Source: a virus
Taxonomy: Duplodnaviria; Caudoviricetes
Virus record (IMG/VR): IMGVR_UViG_3300010148_005374
Location: 1 to 61,467 of that record
Reading direction: 5' to 3' (one strand)
Length of the DNA stretch: 61,467 bases
The notes below the pieces were generated by a model. That model saw nothing but the letters and a program-made list of their open reading frames with translations. It made no database searches and was not told the origin of the DNA. Positions within the stretch are counted from its first letter, which is position 1, and the number at the start of each line of letters is the position of its first letter. This document shows positions 9,752 through 20,542 of the stretch, in pieces. A program made the translations under genes and the position numbers.

Positions 9752-12700
9752 TTAATATCCACCGCCGCCGGATCCCCCGCCGCCGAAGCTGCCACCTCGA
9801 TTAACAGGGGGGACAGGTGCTGAACTTGGTGCTTCCTGAGCTTGACGAGGTTCCCTGGATTTTGCTAATTCTTCTGTTCTACGACGCTCCATTTGTGCAG
9901 GTGTCATATTTCTAAACTCCTCAGGGAGATCTCCCTGTTGTGCTTTGGCTACGTCAAATTGTTCAGGAGATGGCGGTGCCTCGCCAGCAAATGGGTCAAT
10001 TTGATCCTGTCCAATTGGAGGTGGTGCCATACCTTCAGGCGGTAGATCATCCGGAAGCAATGGTATACTTTCTGCGCCTGGTGCTGTTGGGCGGGTATCT
10101 AAGTCTGGTATTATTTCGCCTGCGCCGGCTGGTGGTGCGGGCCTCGGCAGAACTAATCTTCTTTGTTCTAGTTGTTTATTTTCTAAAACTTTTTTATTTC
10201 GCTGTCCACGACTTCTAGCATTTGTTTCTTGCTCTTCGGATATGTCTTCAATTTCCCGATCAAGTTCTGGTCGGAATCCGACATTGACAGACAGTTTTCC
10301 TAGTTCAACTAAAGAACAATAATCATAAGGCCAGTTATAGGTATTGCCAGCGATACCAAGATCATCACTGACAAAGAGTCCCTTAGTGTATTCAGCTTTT
10401 CTTCTTTGTAAGAAATCTTTTTGCTCTTGTGGTAAATTATCAGCTATGACACCAAACACGCTATCATAAGAGAAAGATCCAGGTCCGCCATTTAATTCTT
10501 CTGAAACAAACCTAAAGAATGTGTCAACACCACGCTCCTTGACTTTAAATATCATCCATTTTATTTCTGGTATAAAGCCATCTCTAGAACCCAAAGGAGC
10601 AACGTCTATAAGATCAACTCTAGGATGTCCATTTCTTGGTATGCCTAATTCTAATTCTTTTAGTAAAAGCTCTGGGAACACAGTCTTGTTGCCTACTCCT
10701 GAAGATCTTTCACCTGGCATATAGTGATCTATGGCCGATACGCTTGTCTTCATTGTAGCGGCGATATCTGGCATAATTCCCTGCCATATATCCGCCAAAT
10801 CTTGTCTGGATAAGGCGACTGTGTGCTCTAAAAGATAGACAATAGGTATATTAACGTCTTCTTCTGTTGGCAGTATAGAATCATAATCATCTCCACCAAA
10901 GGGATTTATAAACTTAGAAACTTTTGGAAAGTTTGGCGGCAACAAGGACGTTAGTTGTTTCTTAAGAGAAGGCGGTAAAGAATATTTTGTAAAATTCTTT
11001 CTAAACTCCTTGACTTTTGGACCCAAGGCATCCATATTGCCTTTCAATGTCATAACTTTCATTTCTTGAGTTGTAGGCTCTAAATAGTATGGTATGGCTA
11101 GCACAGCTTCAGAAATTGTTTTTTCTCCGCTTTCAGCTAATTGTCCTAGTCTTCTTGCTTTTTCTGGTTGGAAGGTTCCCGGAGCTTGTATGTCTCCTTC
11201 AGAGAATCCTACCAACCTAGCTAATGAATCGACCTCTCGCCCAGAGTCAATAACAAATTTAGGAACCTTTCTAACTACTTCGACTTTTGCAGTACCAGAC
11301 AAAACAATACCAGTAGCCTCGTTAACTCGTTGAGCACCGGACCCGGTTGGGTTACCTAAAAGTCTTAACTCAGTTGAATCAACGGAAACATCTGATATAA
11401 ACATAAACACACCTTCGACAGATGATGATGGCATAACCCCATACTGGTGCCACATTCCTGTTACCTTCGGATCATGTTCTCCAACATTCACAGATGCGCT
11501 AAAGTTATATCCGCCATCCGTTGTTGGAAAATCTAATATTGGGCACTCCCACTTGGGCATAATCACCCATTTGTTTTGATCTCTTGGAGACACATCGGCT
11601 GCATCTGTAGGATAAACATTATCAATAACCACTGAAGAATCTAAATCCTGTCTATTTTGCCAAGCACGATTAAACCCATAGGCCGGAACACCGTCAAGAC
11701 TTAATATTTGATCGTTGGCTCCAATAAAAGAGCCCGAGTCAAAATCATAGTAGTAGCCATTTTCATTATTGTATTCAACAAACAATTCCTCGCCACTCAA
11801 TATATCGCTAAGAGTTACTTCGCCAGACTTGCGTGGAACATAGGTTATTCTTACAACGCTTGGTCCGTAAAAATATGTTGGAGCGTATGGAGCAAATTCT
11901 GCTCGATGGTAAGGCCATTCTCTACCTTGAGGAACACCACCACTTTGTTGTGTAGTGGCAACTGTAAATAATGGTGCTAATTGCCCGCCCGCAAATGGAC
12001 CCGCAACAGTTACGCCGGCTCCAGCCTGGTCTGGATCAACAGCAGATCCAACTATTTCATTGCCATTAAATTTAGCCGTTAAGAGTCTTTGTTTTACGCT
12101 TACAACTCCGGTTGAACCATTAACAGACGTTGTTGTTTTGAAATCTCCATTAGTATCGGCTAAAACTAGACAGTTTGCAATTGCATTTCCAACAGCAACC
12201 TGATCAGCGGCACCTTGACACCCTATGGTGTATTCCGCTGCGCTAACTTTTGCAGGGGACCCTGGTGCTACAGTCTTAGAAAATTCAAAATTAACTGTAA
12301 CAGTTGTGCCATCGTTACTTGATCCTGTCATTCCAATAAATTTGCCGTCCAAAATATTCTCGTCAAACGTATTAATCTCTAGGCTAGCTGTTGCTTGTGC
12401 TCCATATTCAACAGTTGCAGGAGTAGTGGCACCTGGGCCAGCAGCGAGCATTTCATTCCAGTCAAATGATCCAGTCGCAGTCGCAGGACCAAACGCTGCT
12501 GGGTTACTATACATCATATGTCTATCGGTCTGTTTCATACCAATTTCCATAATGTATGCTTTATCCTTAGATACCGTTACAGTTCTAGCCTCATTTTGCT
12601 GAGTTGCTGCGGCACCTGCGGGATTATCTGCTGGTGCTTTAGCAGGTATTTCGGCGACAAACTTGGACATAAACCCACCATCTTTTTTCTTTTTAAGGAA

Positions 12701-15700
12701 AAATCTTGGAACGTTTGCCATAAAGTTTGACATTCCTAGGCGGTACAAATCGTCATCAAATTTAACAAATGATACTGATGATTCCAGCCCGCTGTCGCCC
12801 TCGGTAACACTTGTGACTAAAGCACCGGTCGTTGGTACTGAGGCTGTAATTTCCTGATATAAAACGGGATTTGAATCGGCTAACACAATTCCTCGTTTAT
12901 CAGATGAAATGTGCTCCATTGGTTTGAAAATCCCCTCGAATGGAACAACATCAGAATAAAACATGCGGTGTGGTGCGCCACGGTTACCGTCTTTGAGTTG
13001 GTCACCTTCAACCGCTACGTCTAACTTGAAGAAATCAAAGTTATCAGCCGCACCCTCTTTTCTTCTTCTGCGCCCACCTGGCAAAGTAATAGCAGTTTCA
13101 GAAGCCCCTGACATCTGCAAGTCGCCGGTTGCTAAAGAGAAAAAGACCGAGGAACTAAGCTGCCCCGCAAGAGGATCTTGTATTGAGGCAGAGGTAAACG
13201 CACTCATACCCTTTCGAAGTATAGGATAATGAACAGCCACCCCGGCCTTAATAGAGTTGTATACAATCCCTGGTGCAAAAAATGGACGGGATATTGTTCT
13301 GAAAGAACGTGGGTTCTTATCGTCATTTTCACCTGGAGTTGTGGATGTTATATCTTTAAAGTTAGGTGCCCCTGGTGTGTAGCCTTCTCCAGAATATTCA
13401 ATCGCAGGTCCATATGATTGCGAAAATAATCTAGCCAATTCTAAAGTTCTTAAAACAGGATAAAAACCCTCATAAGGCAAAAGCTTTAACAACGCTTCTG
13501 ATTTAATCTCAAGATGTCTTGGGTTTTTATTGAATTCAAGATCCTTAGAGCCTGGTTTCATAAATGACTTTAGGTACTCAACAGCATCACTAGTTGCATA
13601 CCTAGGCAGAAAATCTCTGTCGGCACTAGTAAAGGTAGAGTTTGAACCTGTATCATTGGTGGTCCCGGTCACACTTAAAGCACCTGAAACAATAGTTCCA
13701 AAACTACCAAGTTCTTTATATGTGGGCATAAGTTCACTGATGCGATACTCAGGGATAATTGTAAAATCTTTGCCAAGGTTTCTTAATTCTTGTTGCCAAT
13801 CTTCGTAGCTATTATACCACGGAAATCTAGCTGGTGCAAGAGTATTTTTCTTTGGCCCATCAACAAATTTTCTTCTTCGAGCAGCGGTCCAAGCAGGTCT
13901 TGTAACTGCCCCCGCAACAGCCATTGGCTCAGCAATAAACTTCGATAAACCATTGGCTAAGTCAGTTGTGTATATTTTTTCCGTTGGTACACTATAAACA
14001 TATTGAGGGGAGTTAATGCTCGAAGTATTAAATCTAATACCGCCAAGTTCTGAACTACTATTAGCAGCATTACCACTCATCACAATACCATAGTGTGGCA
14101 TCATAAGTTCGCCCGCTGGCATAGTAGAAGCCATAACGAATAATAGGTTATTGCCAGGACTTGTTCCACTATAAGAAGATGTTGCTAGGGTACCTGAAAA
14201 CTCTGAGTAATAGAAAGAATCCAAAGGCCACATAGATCCAGTCCCAGGGTTTCTGCGATTTTCACCGTCAACATAGGGTGTTGTTTTTACTGGAGGTATG
14301 TAACCTTGGTTACCAGAAGTGTTACCTTGGAATATCGGTATTGGGAACTGTTCATCCATTTTTACAAAATAATCAAAGGATGAAGAGAAGTTAGTAACTC
14401 TTCTTTCCCAAGAGTTGTTAAATCGTTCTATATTCTCATCGTGCAATAATCCCGAAAGCTCAGTGATGTTCCTAGCAATTAGCTCTGTCTTTGAGCCTGT
14501 TGGAATATCTGATCTCCAGAAACTATTTCTATAGAAGTTTCTTGCTCTTGTTGCCGACAGATAAGTATAAATTTCTTTTGGATATATTGTCTCTTTATAA
14601 CTCATTAATTTGATAAGTTCTACGCCATCTACAGATGGGTCAACATTATCAACGAACGTGTCCCTAATAACTTCATATGGTCTTTTAAATGCACCAAGCT
14701 TAAAGTCTTGCTTGTTACCTAAATCTATATTAAGGCCTCTGTTTGCAAAACCCTGTAATTCATTTCCGTAGGAATATTTAACAGTCACATCAACAGATTT
14801 ATCTTCTGTCGATGCAGCAGTGCCACGCCTTGTTTTTATCTGGTGTAACACTGGCTTATATCTTGATGTAAGAGGCGGCTCTTTATATTTCTTAGAGATG
14901 TGATGTCTTACAATATTACCGCCGCCGCCAGGGAAAGATACTAAAGCATTATCGTTATCTGTTACTAGCGACTTAGCAAAGTCTGTAAACACTTTCATCT
15001 TTTCAGAGGTCATTAATTTTTTACCACTTTGCTGCTCAACAGACTCTGCTTTCTTTGTAACATTAGCAGCGTCAATAAGATAAAAGTTTTGTCTGGCATT
15101 AAACATACCCTTAGTGGTAAATTGTCCATACCTTGTTTGTGTCCAAGGTGCCCACAATCCTGCACCATTACGCTCCCAAATGTATGTTATTCCACCAGCA
15201 GAGTTACTAAATACACCACTAGCTTGGGAGGCAAAAGATCCAGGATACAAGCGATATTTTTCATCGTGAGCTATAGAGGATGTATATAAAGTAATGTCCT
15301 CTGGGAATCTAGAGGATGACAAAATAAAGTTGTGATAATTATCACCAACGTTCTGCCCAGGATGATCACCAGGTGTACCTTGTGAATGAGACAAGGCCAG
15401 GAACCAAGCATAGCGATCGCCAGCAGGTATTGGTCTTGTAACAAAAGCATTATCTCTAACAGATCCGGTTGTCATAATCGGTACTAAGGGTGATTGCAAA
15501 TTACCTGATACAAGTTCAACTCTCAGCGTGGTGTTTCTTTGTGTCTTGTGAATAGCCACTAACGAAGCTGTGTGTATGGAAAGATCATCGCCATAAACAG
15601 CAGGTAAACCGCCAGACGGTATGACAATACCCTCATTAAATACACCCAGGTCTATAGAATCATATCTGTCTAGTAATGTCACTAACGATGAGGTTTGGAA

Positions 15701-18700
15701 CCCGCCAAAGCCTGTGTGTCTCTTTAGTAAGGTGTTATACCGTTGTCTAACTTTTATGTTTCTAAATGGCAGCGCATTATTTGGAGAAAATTGATCAGAT
15801 GCTCTGTCTCTAAATAACTGTTTAGAATCTTCTTTACTGCCAGGGGCAGAGAATCTATCAGCTATAATTGTATTGTTTGTTCTAACTCCCGACCTTTGTC
15901 TTGGGGCCGTAAACTCAGCCGAGCCAGATAGCCCCTGGGTTCTTCTTGGAACAGAGGTTAAAAACGCAGTTGGCATTGTACCGGTGGGAAGCGAACTTGT
16001 ATGATAAGCATCCGGGTTGAATACAAAATCAACATTAGTAGCGGCTCGATTGTTCGTATTCAACACCTCATAAAATTTAGTAAAGTTACCTAGAACTCTA
16101 ACACCACCTACTGGCGATATGGTTCCAGTTGTCGATTGAATGTTGGCAAGGTTAACTGGACTAGAAGCACCAGTGCCACGCTTGTATTGACCTTTGGGCG
16201 TCAATGCTGTTGGTTTATCAAATTCACCGGCACCATCAGCAATTTCTAGTTTATATGATTCTTTACGAACATTATCTGACTGGTTTAACTGTGCTCCCAC
16301 AGGAGCGGAACGAGCCTGTTGTCCACCAACATGTGCCAAAGTAAATGGTGATTGAAGTGCTGTGGGCCTAACATGCAGATTAGAAAAATCAACATTTGTC
16401 AGACCTGCATCCTGTAGTTGCTTTTGATAACCTGCGTGTACTGTTGAACTAACAGGAGTAAATGGCAAAACCACCTGCCCCTTAACATCTCTCTCGTCAA
16501 CAGACGCACTTAGTTCTCTTTGCCTTTTTACGTTCGGAACAATAACGTCCTTAACATCCTGATCTAACGTAAGTCCACCAAATTTTACTTTTGCGTTTGC
16601 TACTTCAGTTTTTGATTCTTTAACATTGCCGATACCTTGGTTTGTCGGGAGATTCTCTTGAGGTAAGAAAGCCCCTATCGAAACTAATCGATTCGGTGCA
16701 TAATAAGATTGTGCTTGTTTAAATATTGCTCTTCTGGACGCTTGAACCCCGGCGTCGGATTGACGAATAGTAACAGTGTCTCTTTCAGCACGAGTCATCC
16801 ACCACCAGCGGTTTTGGTTTTCTGGAGGGGGTGATTCTGGTAATGGTGCTCTTTTCTTTTTGTATGGTATTGGATCAATAAACCCAGAACCTTGCGGCGA
16901 GGACACAACCAATCCTTTTGGTACCGCAACGTTGGCGGGAGGATTAGTTGGTCGTCCAGAGTTAATTTGCGCTTGTTCTGGTCTCTCTGGTGCATCTGCA
17001 TCGTGAATTTGTAATCCGGCCGGCTCAGGAGTTGAAATAACATTTGCTTCATCGCCACCAGCGACTGATTGACGAGTTGATTTTTTACGATTACCCATAA
17101 ATGTGTAATTAAATTTAGCTCGTTCCAACAGGTGACTTTCAACTATGTTTCTAACCCCAGGCGCAACTTTTGCCGAGGCAGGGAAAAGTTGTTCTAGCAT
17201 CTGCCCAAGCGCAGCATCTAACCACTTGTAGTAATCAATATATTTCTGTAGATCTGGAATGTTGCCAACTTTTGAAAAGAATATCTGTCTAAGTTTCTCC
17301 ATAGACTTATAGTTTGGCCTGTACCTGTTTACTGGGTCACCTATTAGGTTGTTTAACTCTTCTACCGAGGCAAACAAGTGAAGCATTCTTTCTGAAACGC
17401 TCCTGTACATACTCTTCTCTACAGCATAGAAAAGTCTCTCTGGTCTTATCATTGGTGCATATGCTTGATCGTCCAGGTTTTTTACTTGCACCATATCGCT
17501 ACTAATAGCATATTCTGGCAGTTCAAGCCTATCAGTATAAAGAAGTTCTTTTCTAATTGGCTTCCCAGAGGCTGGGAAGAAATCACCCCTACCTGTATGT
17601 TGTCTAGAGTTTATATGTTGTGGTGATTCATGAAATAAATCACCAGCGCTGCCAGAGTTCAAAGACCCTGATGAAAAATCGTTTACATTAAATCGACCCG
17701 AAGCGTCACTTCCTGTTACATCTGCAAAATCCCAATGCACTGCTAAGGTGTCTGCTTGTGGTACATATATTCCAGGGTTCTTACTTTGGAAAGTGTAGGC
17801 CTGTCTAGTTGGGTTAAGCGTCCCGTAACTATCAACACTTCTAGCATGCATATCAATAGCACCTGTAGGAAGGACATCTGTCCAGTACCTGAAACTAGAT
17901 GCTCGTACATCACTAGCAGTTAATACAGTGCCAGTAAAGTTAGTTCTGTGTGCTCCAATATAATATCTTTTAGCTGCCGAAATGATATCTGAACCAGACT
18001 TGTATGTTAGCGATCCGGTCTTAAAATAACTCTCTTGTCTTATACCCGAGTCGTAATTAACAGCGTAAAAGTCTATGTCATACCCATCGTGGACATTTGC
18101 ATTGGCCCCTGAGTTTTGTGCAAAAGGAAATCTTTTTGGGTGAACCGATAATGCGAAGTTCCATTTTTGATTGTCATATACGTTTCGGAATACAGGCGAA
18201 ACTATTAATTCATTGTTGTGCCTATCAACAACTTTAAATAATACGTCCTTAACCTTGTAGTTGGGTGATATCACCTCAGCCATTTGTGACGCAGATTTAA
18301 TTGCAACCACATGTAAGCCAGCATCAGCCTGGGCTCCAAGGAAGGTTGTATCTGTAGACGAAGACAAAAGCTTATGCTCACCCTGAGGCGTGTGCCAACC
18401 AAATAGTGATGAAGTTATGACTTGATTAGGTGTATAAGAGAGTGTATCAATTTCTTTTTTGTTCGGGAACACAAACTCACACTGCGCAGTAAAGCCAAAT
18501 TCTATCAAACTTAGACTTCCACTACTACCACTTATGATACCATATGATTCTGGTAAATCAGAATTGGGATATTGATAAATGGTTGCCTCTGAGGAGTCCC
18601 TATCTACTAGCCCTGTAAAATCTGCGTACTTCTTATTACTTGTATCGACTCTATAGTTGTTATCAAGTTTGTATATCGAATTATCAGAATAAACATTTAC

Positions 18701-20542
18701 TTTTACTATTTCTTCATCAACTCCAAAACAACGAACCAAGTTTCTAATTGATTTCTCGTTACCTTTGGATTTTAAGATATGATTAAGATTGTTGTATATG
18801 TTTTTATATATTGTATTCTTTATTGATGCAAGGTCATGTTCAAAATTTATGTCCTCATCTCTTTTCAAGAATTGAGATAGAATATCAGCGTTCTGAAATA
18901 GTTCAGGGGCTTCTACGCCCATTTGCTCGACTAGACGATCATTATGGGGGAATTCAAATATACTCCCTGTGGCACTGCCGCTAATATAATCCATTGATTT
19001 TATCTTAGTAAGATAAGAAATCTGTGAATACAAAGTGTCAAAATAGGTTGATATTATCTGCGTTGAATTTCTTAATTCTGATCCAACTTGAGAATCTTCT
19101 TCAACTATCCAATCAGGGAAGGTGTTTAATATAAAAGAAGAGTTTTTTAAGTCGTGATATTCACCGATTTCTTTTAACTCGTTCTTTCTAACTGTCAGGG
19201 CCGAGGCCGATGGAATAACTATTGGATCCTCTGGTTCTGTTCTTCCTGATACTGATTGAGTTAAAGCCTGAAGTGTTATAGCAGACCCTGTATCCCTAGC
19301 TCCAGCGGCATATCCAGTCCAAGCTCCGTTTGATAATCTACCTGAATAATCAAGAACCACATTATCAACACTACTGGTTCCAAAAACTCCCTCATTGAAC
19401 TTATAATAAACTCCAAGTCCGACGTTAGCATCTTGAGTATTTGTGCCTCCATTAACGTGAGTAAACCAGTTTCTCCCTATATCCTCGCCATTTCTTGCTG
19501 CCTTCCAAAACCTGAACTCGTCTATAGAACCAGATAGCTTGCCTCGTCCTTCCATTGAGTTGGTGTCAGATACGCCAGACGGCGCAACACGAAGAGCGCC
19601 AATATTACCTATCAGTGTGCCAGTAACAAGACTAATCTGACCGGCCTGATGCCCTGTTGGCGAAATTCCGGTCTCGTGGCAAACTCCATTAATGTAAAAG
19701 TCAATAGTTGGCGAACTTTCAGATGTGTTAAACACAAATGCAAAGTGATTAAAACCACTGCCTGTAATATAGTTGCCAACTCCACCAGTAGTTGGTATTG
19801 ATTGTGTTACATAGCCTTTTGTTCCCGAGAGCATCGTAACTAAAAAACGATCCTCTAGACTCTTAGAGAGTTCAATTCTTAGATTACCATAGCATCCATT
19901 TGTTTCGGACTGATCTGATGACCCAGTAGGAACACCGTTCCATAAATCAAATATGACCTGCCTTGGTGACTGAGCAGTTGATACAGTGCCACCACCTGGT
20001 ATATCTGATTTAGAAAGAAAGAATTCAACGGTTGATCCACTTGGTCCACCAAACTCTAAATTGTTCTGTCTGAAGTTAGAAGAAAATAAAGTGCCCGAAT
20101 GTGGACCACCCTTGATCTGTATATATTCTGTTTTTGGCGATGAGAAATAGTGGGAACTATGAGATACGGCCGTACCATAATTTGTCCCAATGCTAACAAA
20201 ACCTGTTGATTTAGGATATCTCTCGTTGAAAATGTATTTCTCTAGAGGGTTAAGTTCGTTATAGAATTTTTCTTTTTCAAAAGCAGACCCATCATAGGGA
20301 TAGTTTTGTAAGATATAGTCAAAAGCATTTTCATAGTATTTTTCTGCCGAGCCATATTTTGCAAACTCATCAGGATTACCGTAATCTAGAGGTGCTGTAA
20401 ACTCTTTTTGTCTTTTTAAGCTTTCGCTTAAATGTTGGGACGACTCCATACCGCCGCTCAAAGCTGCTACTGCACTACTCTTGAGGTACTTGCCTACAGA
20501 GTTTGCCTGCTTATTATTTTCAAATAACTTTTTTATGCTCAT
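9752..20542 (-). CDS. Giant virion protein (3596 aa) with two LamG/concanavalin-like domains; probable baseplate or tail appendage
   Basis: First LamG-like motif set: STVEFF...FNHFAFVF...GSIDEFRFWKAAR...LGVYYKFNEG...VLDYSGRLSNG. Second: FTAQCEFVFP...WNFALSV...YYIGAH...FRYWTDVL...LAVHWDF. It follows the baseplate genes and has a disordered C-terminal tail. Confidence 0.7.
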   Translation of the reverse strand: MSIKKLFENNKQANSVGKYLKSSAVAALSGGMESSQHLSESLKRQKEFTAPLDYGNPDEFAKYGSAEKYYENAFDYILQNYPYDGSAFEKEKFYNELNPLEKYIFNERYPKSTGFVSIGTNYGTAVSHSSHYFSSPKTEYIQIKGGPHSGTLFSSNFRQNNLEFGGPSGSTVEFFLSKSDIPGGGTVSTAQSPRQVIFDLWNGVPTGSSDQSETNGCYGNLRIELSKSLEDRFLVTMLSGTKGYVTQSIPTTGGVGNYITGSGFNHFAFVFNTSESSPTIDFYINGVCHETGISPTGHQAGQISLVTGTLIGNIGALRVAPSGVSDTNSMEGRGKLSGSIDEFRFWKAARNGEDIGRNWFTHVNGGTNTQDANVGLGVYYKFNEGVFGTSSVDNVVLDYSGRLSNGAWTGYAAGARDTGSAITLQALTQSVSGRTEPEDPIVIPSASALTVRKNELKEIGEYHDLKNSSFILNTFPDWIVEEDSQVGSELRNSTQIISTYFDTLYSQISYLTKIKSMDYISGSATGSIFEFPHNDRLVEQMGVEAPELFQNADILSQFLKRDEDINFEHDLASIKNTIYKNIYNNLNHILKSKGNEKSIRNLVRCFGVDEEIVKVNVYSDNSIYKLDNNYRVDTSNKKYADFTGLVDRDSSEATIYQYPNSDLPESYGIISGSSGSLSLIEFGFTAQCEFVFPNKKEIDTLSYTPNQVITSSLFGWHTPQGEHKLLSSSTDTTFLGAQADAGLHVVAIKSASQMAEVISPNYKVKDVLFKVVDRHNNELIVSPVFRNVYDNQKWNFALSVHPKRFPFAQNSGANANVHDGYDIDFYAVNYDSGIRQESYFKTGSLTYKSGSDIISAAKRYYIGAHRTNFTGTVLTASDVRASSFRYWTDVLPTGAIDMHARSVDSYGTLNPTRQAYTFQSKNPGIYVPQADTLAVHWDFADVTGSDASGRFNVNDFSSGSLNSGSAGDLFHESPQHINSRQHTGRGDFFPASGKPIRKELLYTDRLELPEYAISSDMVQVKNLDDQAYAPMIRPERLFYAVEKSMYRSVSERMLHLFASVEELNNLIGDPVNRYRPNYKSMEKLRQIFFSKVGNIPDLQKYIDYYKWLDAALGQMLEQLFPASAKVAPGVRNIVESHLLERAKFNYTFMGNRKKSTRQSVAGGDEANVISTPEPAGLQIHDADAPERPEQAQINSGRPTNPPANVAVPKGLVVSSPQGSGFIDPIPYKKKRAPLPESPPPENQNRWWWMTRAERDTVTIRQSDAGVQASRRAIFKQAQSYYAPNRLVSIGAFLPQENLPTNQGIGNVKESKTEVANAKVKFGGLTLDQDVKDVIVPNVKRQRELSASVDERDVKGQVVLPFTPVSSTVHAGYQKQLQDAGLTNVDFSNLHVRPTALQSPFTLAHVGGQQARSAPVGAQLNQSDNVRKESYKLEIADGAGEFDKPTALTPKGQYKRGTGASSPVNLANIQSTTGTISPVGGVRVLGNFTKFYEVLNTNNRAATNVDFVFNPDAYHTSSLPTGTMPTAFLTSVPRRTQGLSGSAEFTAPRQRSGVRTNNTIIADRFSAPGSKEDSKQLFRDRASDQFSPNNALPFRNIKVRQRYNTLLKRHTGFGGFQTSSLVTLLDRYDSIDLGVFNEGIVIPSGGLPAVYGDDLSIHTASLVAIHKTQRNTTLRVELVSGNLQSPLVPIMTTGSVRDNAFVTRPIPAGDRYAWFLALSHSQGTPGDHPGQNVGDNYHNFILSSSRFPEDITLYTSSIAHDEKYRLYPGSFASQASGVFSNSAGGITYIWERNGAGLWAPWTQTRYGQFTTKGMFNARQNFYLIDAANVTKKAESVEQQSGKKLMTSEKMKVFTDFAKSLVTDNDNALVSFPGGGGNIVRHHISKKYKEPPLTSRYKPVLHQIKTRRGTAASTEDKSVDVTVKYSYGNELQGFANRGLNIDLGNKQDFKLGAFKRPYEVIRDTFVDNVDPSVDGVELIKLMSYKETIYPKEIYTYLSATRARNFYRNSFWRSDIPTGSKTELIARNITELSGLLHDENIERFNNSWERRVTNFSSSFDYFVKMDEQFPIPIFQGNTSGNQGYIPPVKTTPYVDGENRRNPGTGSMWPLDSFYYSEFSGTLATSSYSGTSPGNNLLFVMASTMPAGELMMPHYGIVMSGNAANSSSELGGIRFNTSSINSPQYVYSVPTEKIYTTDLANGLSKFIAEPMAVAGAVTRPAWTAARRRKFVDGPKKNTLAPARFPWYNSYEDWQQELRNLGKDFTIIPEYRISELMPTYKELGSFGTIVSGALSVTGTTNDTGSNSTFTSADRDFLPRYATSDAVEYLKSFMKPGSKDLEFNKNPRHLEIKSEALLKLLPYEGFYPVLRTLELARLFSQSYGPAIEYSGEGYTPGAPNFKDITSTTPGENDDKNPRSFRTISRPFFAPGIVYNSIKAGVAVHYPILRKGMSAFTSASIQDPLAGQLSSSVFFSLATGDLQMSGASETAITLPGGRRRRKEGAADNFDFFKLDVAVEGDQLKDGNRGAPHRMFYSDVVPFEGIFKPMEHISSDKRGIVLADSNPVLYQEITASVPTTGALVTSVTEGDSGLESSVSFVKFDDDLYRLGMSNFMANVPRFFLKKKKDGGFMSKFVAEIPAKAPADNPAGAAATQQNEARTVTVSKDKAYIMEIGMKQTDRHMMYSNPAAFGPATATGSFDWNEMLAAGPGATTPATVEYGAQATASLEINTFDENILDGKFIGMTGSSNDGTTVTVNFEFSKTVAPGSPAKVSAAEYTIGCQGAADQVAVGNAIANCLVLADTNGDFKTTTSVNGSTGVVSVKQRLLTAKFNGNEIVGSAVDPDQAGAGVTVAGPFAGGQLAPLFTVATTQQSGGVPQGREWPYHRAEFAPYAPTYFYGPSVVRITYVPRKSGEVTLSDILSGEELFVEYNNENGYYYDFDSGSFIGANDQILSLDGVPAYGFNRAWQNRQDLDSSVVIDNVYPTDAADVSPRDQNKWVIMPKWECPILDFPTTDGGYNFSASVNVGEHDPKVTGMWHQYGVMPSSSVEGVFMFISDVSVDSTELRLLGNPTGSGAQRVNEATGIVLSGTAKVEVVRKVPKFVIDSGREVDSLARLVGFSEGDIQAPGTFQPEKARRLGQLAESGEKTISEAVLAIPYYLEPTTQEMKVMTLKGNMDALGPKVKEFRKNFTKYSLPPSLKKQLTSLLPPNFPKVSKFINPFGGDDYDSILPTEEDVNIPIVYLLEHTVALSRQDLADIWQGIMPDIAATMKTSVSAIDHYMPGERSSGVGNKTVFPELLLKELELGIPRNGHPRVDLIDVAPLGSRDGFIPEIKWMIFKVKERGVDTFFRFVSEELNGGPGSFSYDSVFGVIADNLPQEQKDFLQRRKAEYTKGLFVSDDLGIAGNTYNWPYDYCSLVELGKLSVNVGFRPELDREIEDISEEQETNARSRGQRNKKVLENKQLEQRRLVLPRPAPPAGAGEIIPDLDTRPTAPGAESIPLLPDDLPPEGMAPPPIGQDQIDPFAGEAPPSPEQFDVAKAQQGDLPEEFRNMTPAQMERRRTEELAKSREPRQAQEAPSSAPVPPVNRGGSFGGGGSGGGGY

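Noticed and set aside
9752-20542. Diversity-generating retroelement target or tandem DNA repeats in the giant gene
   Set aside because: No reverse transcriptase or template/variable repeat pair was seen. The recurring Ser motifs are dispersed, not tandem.
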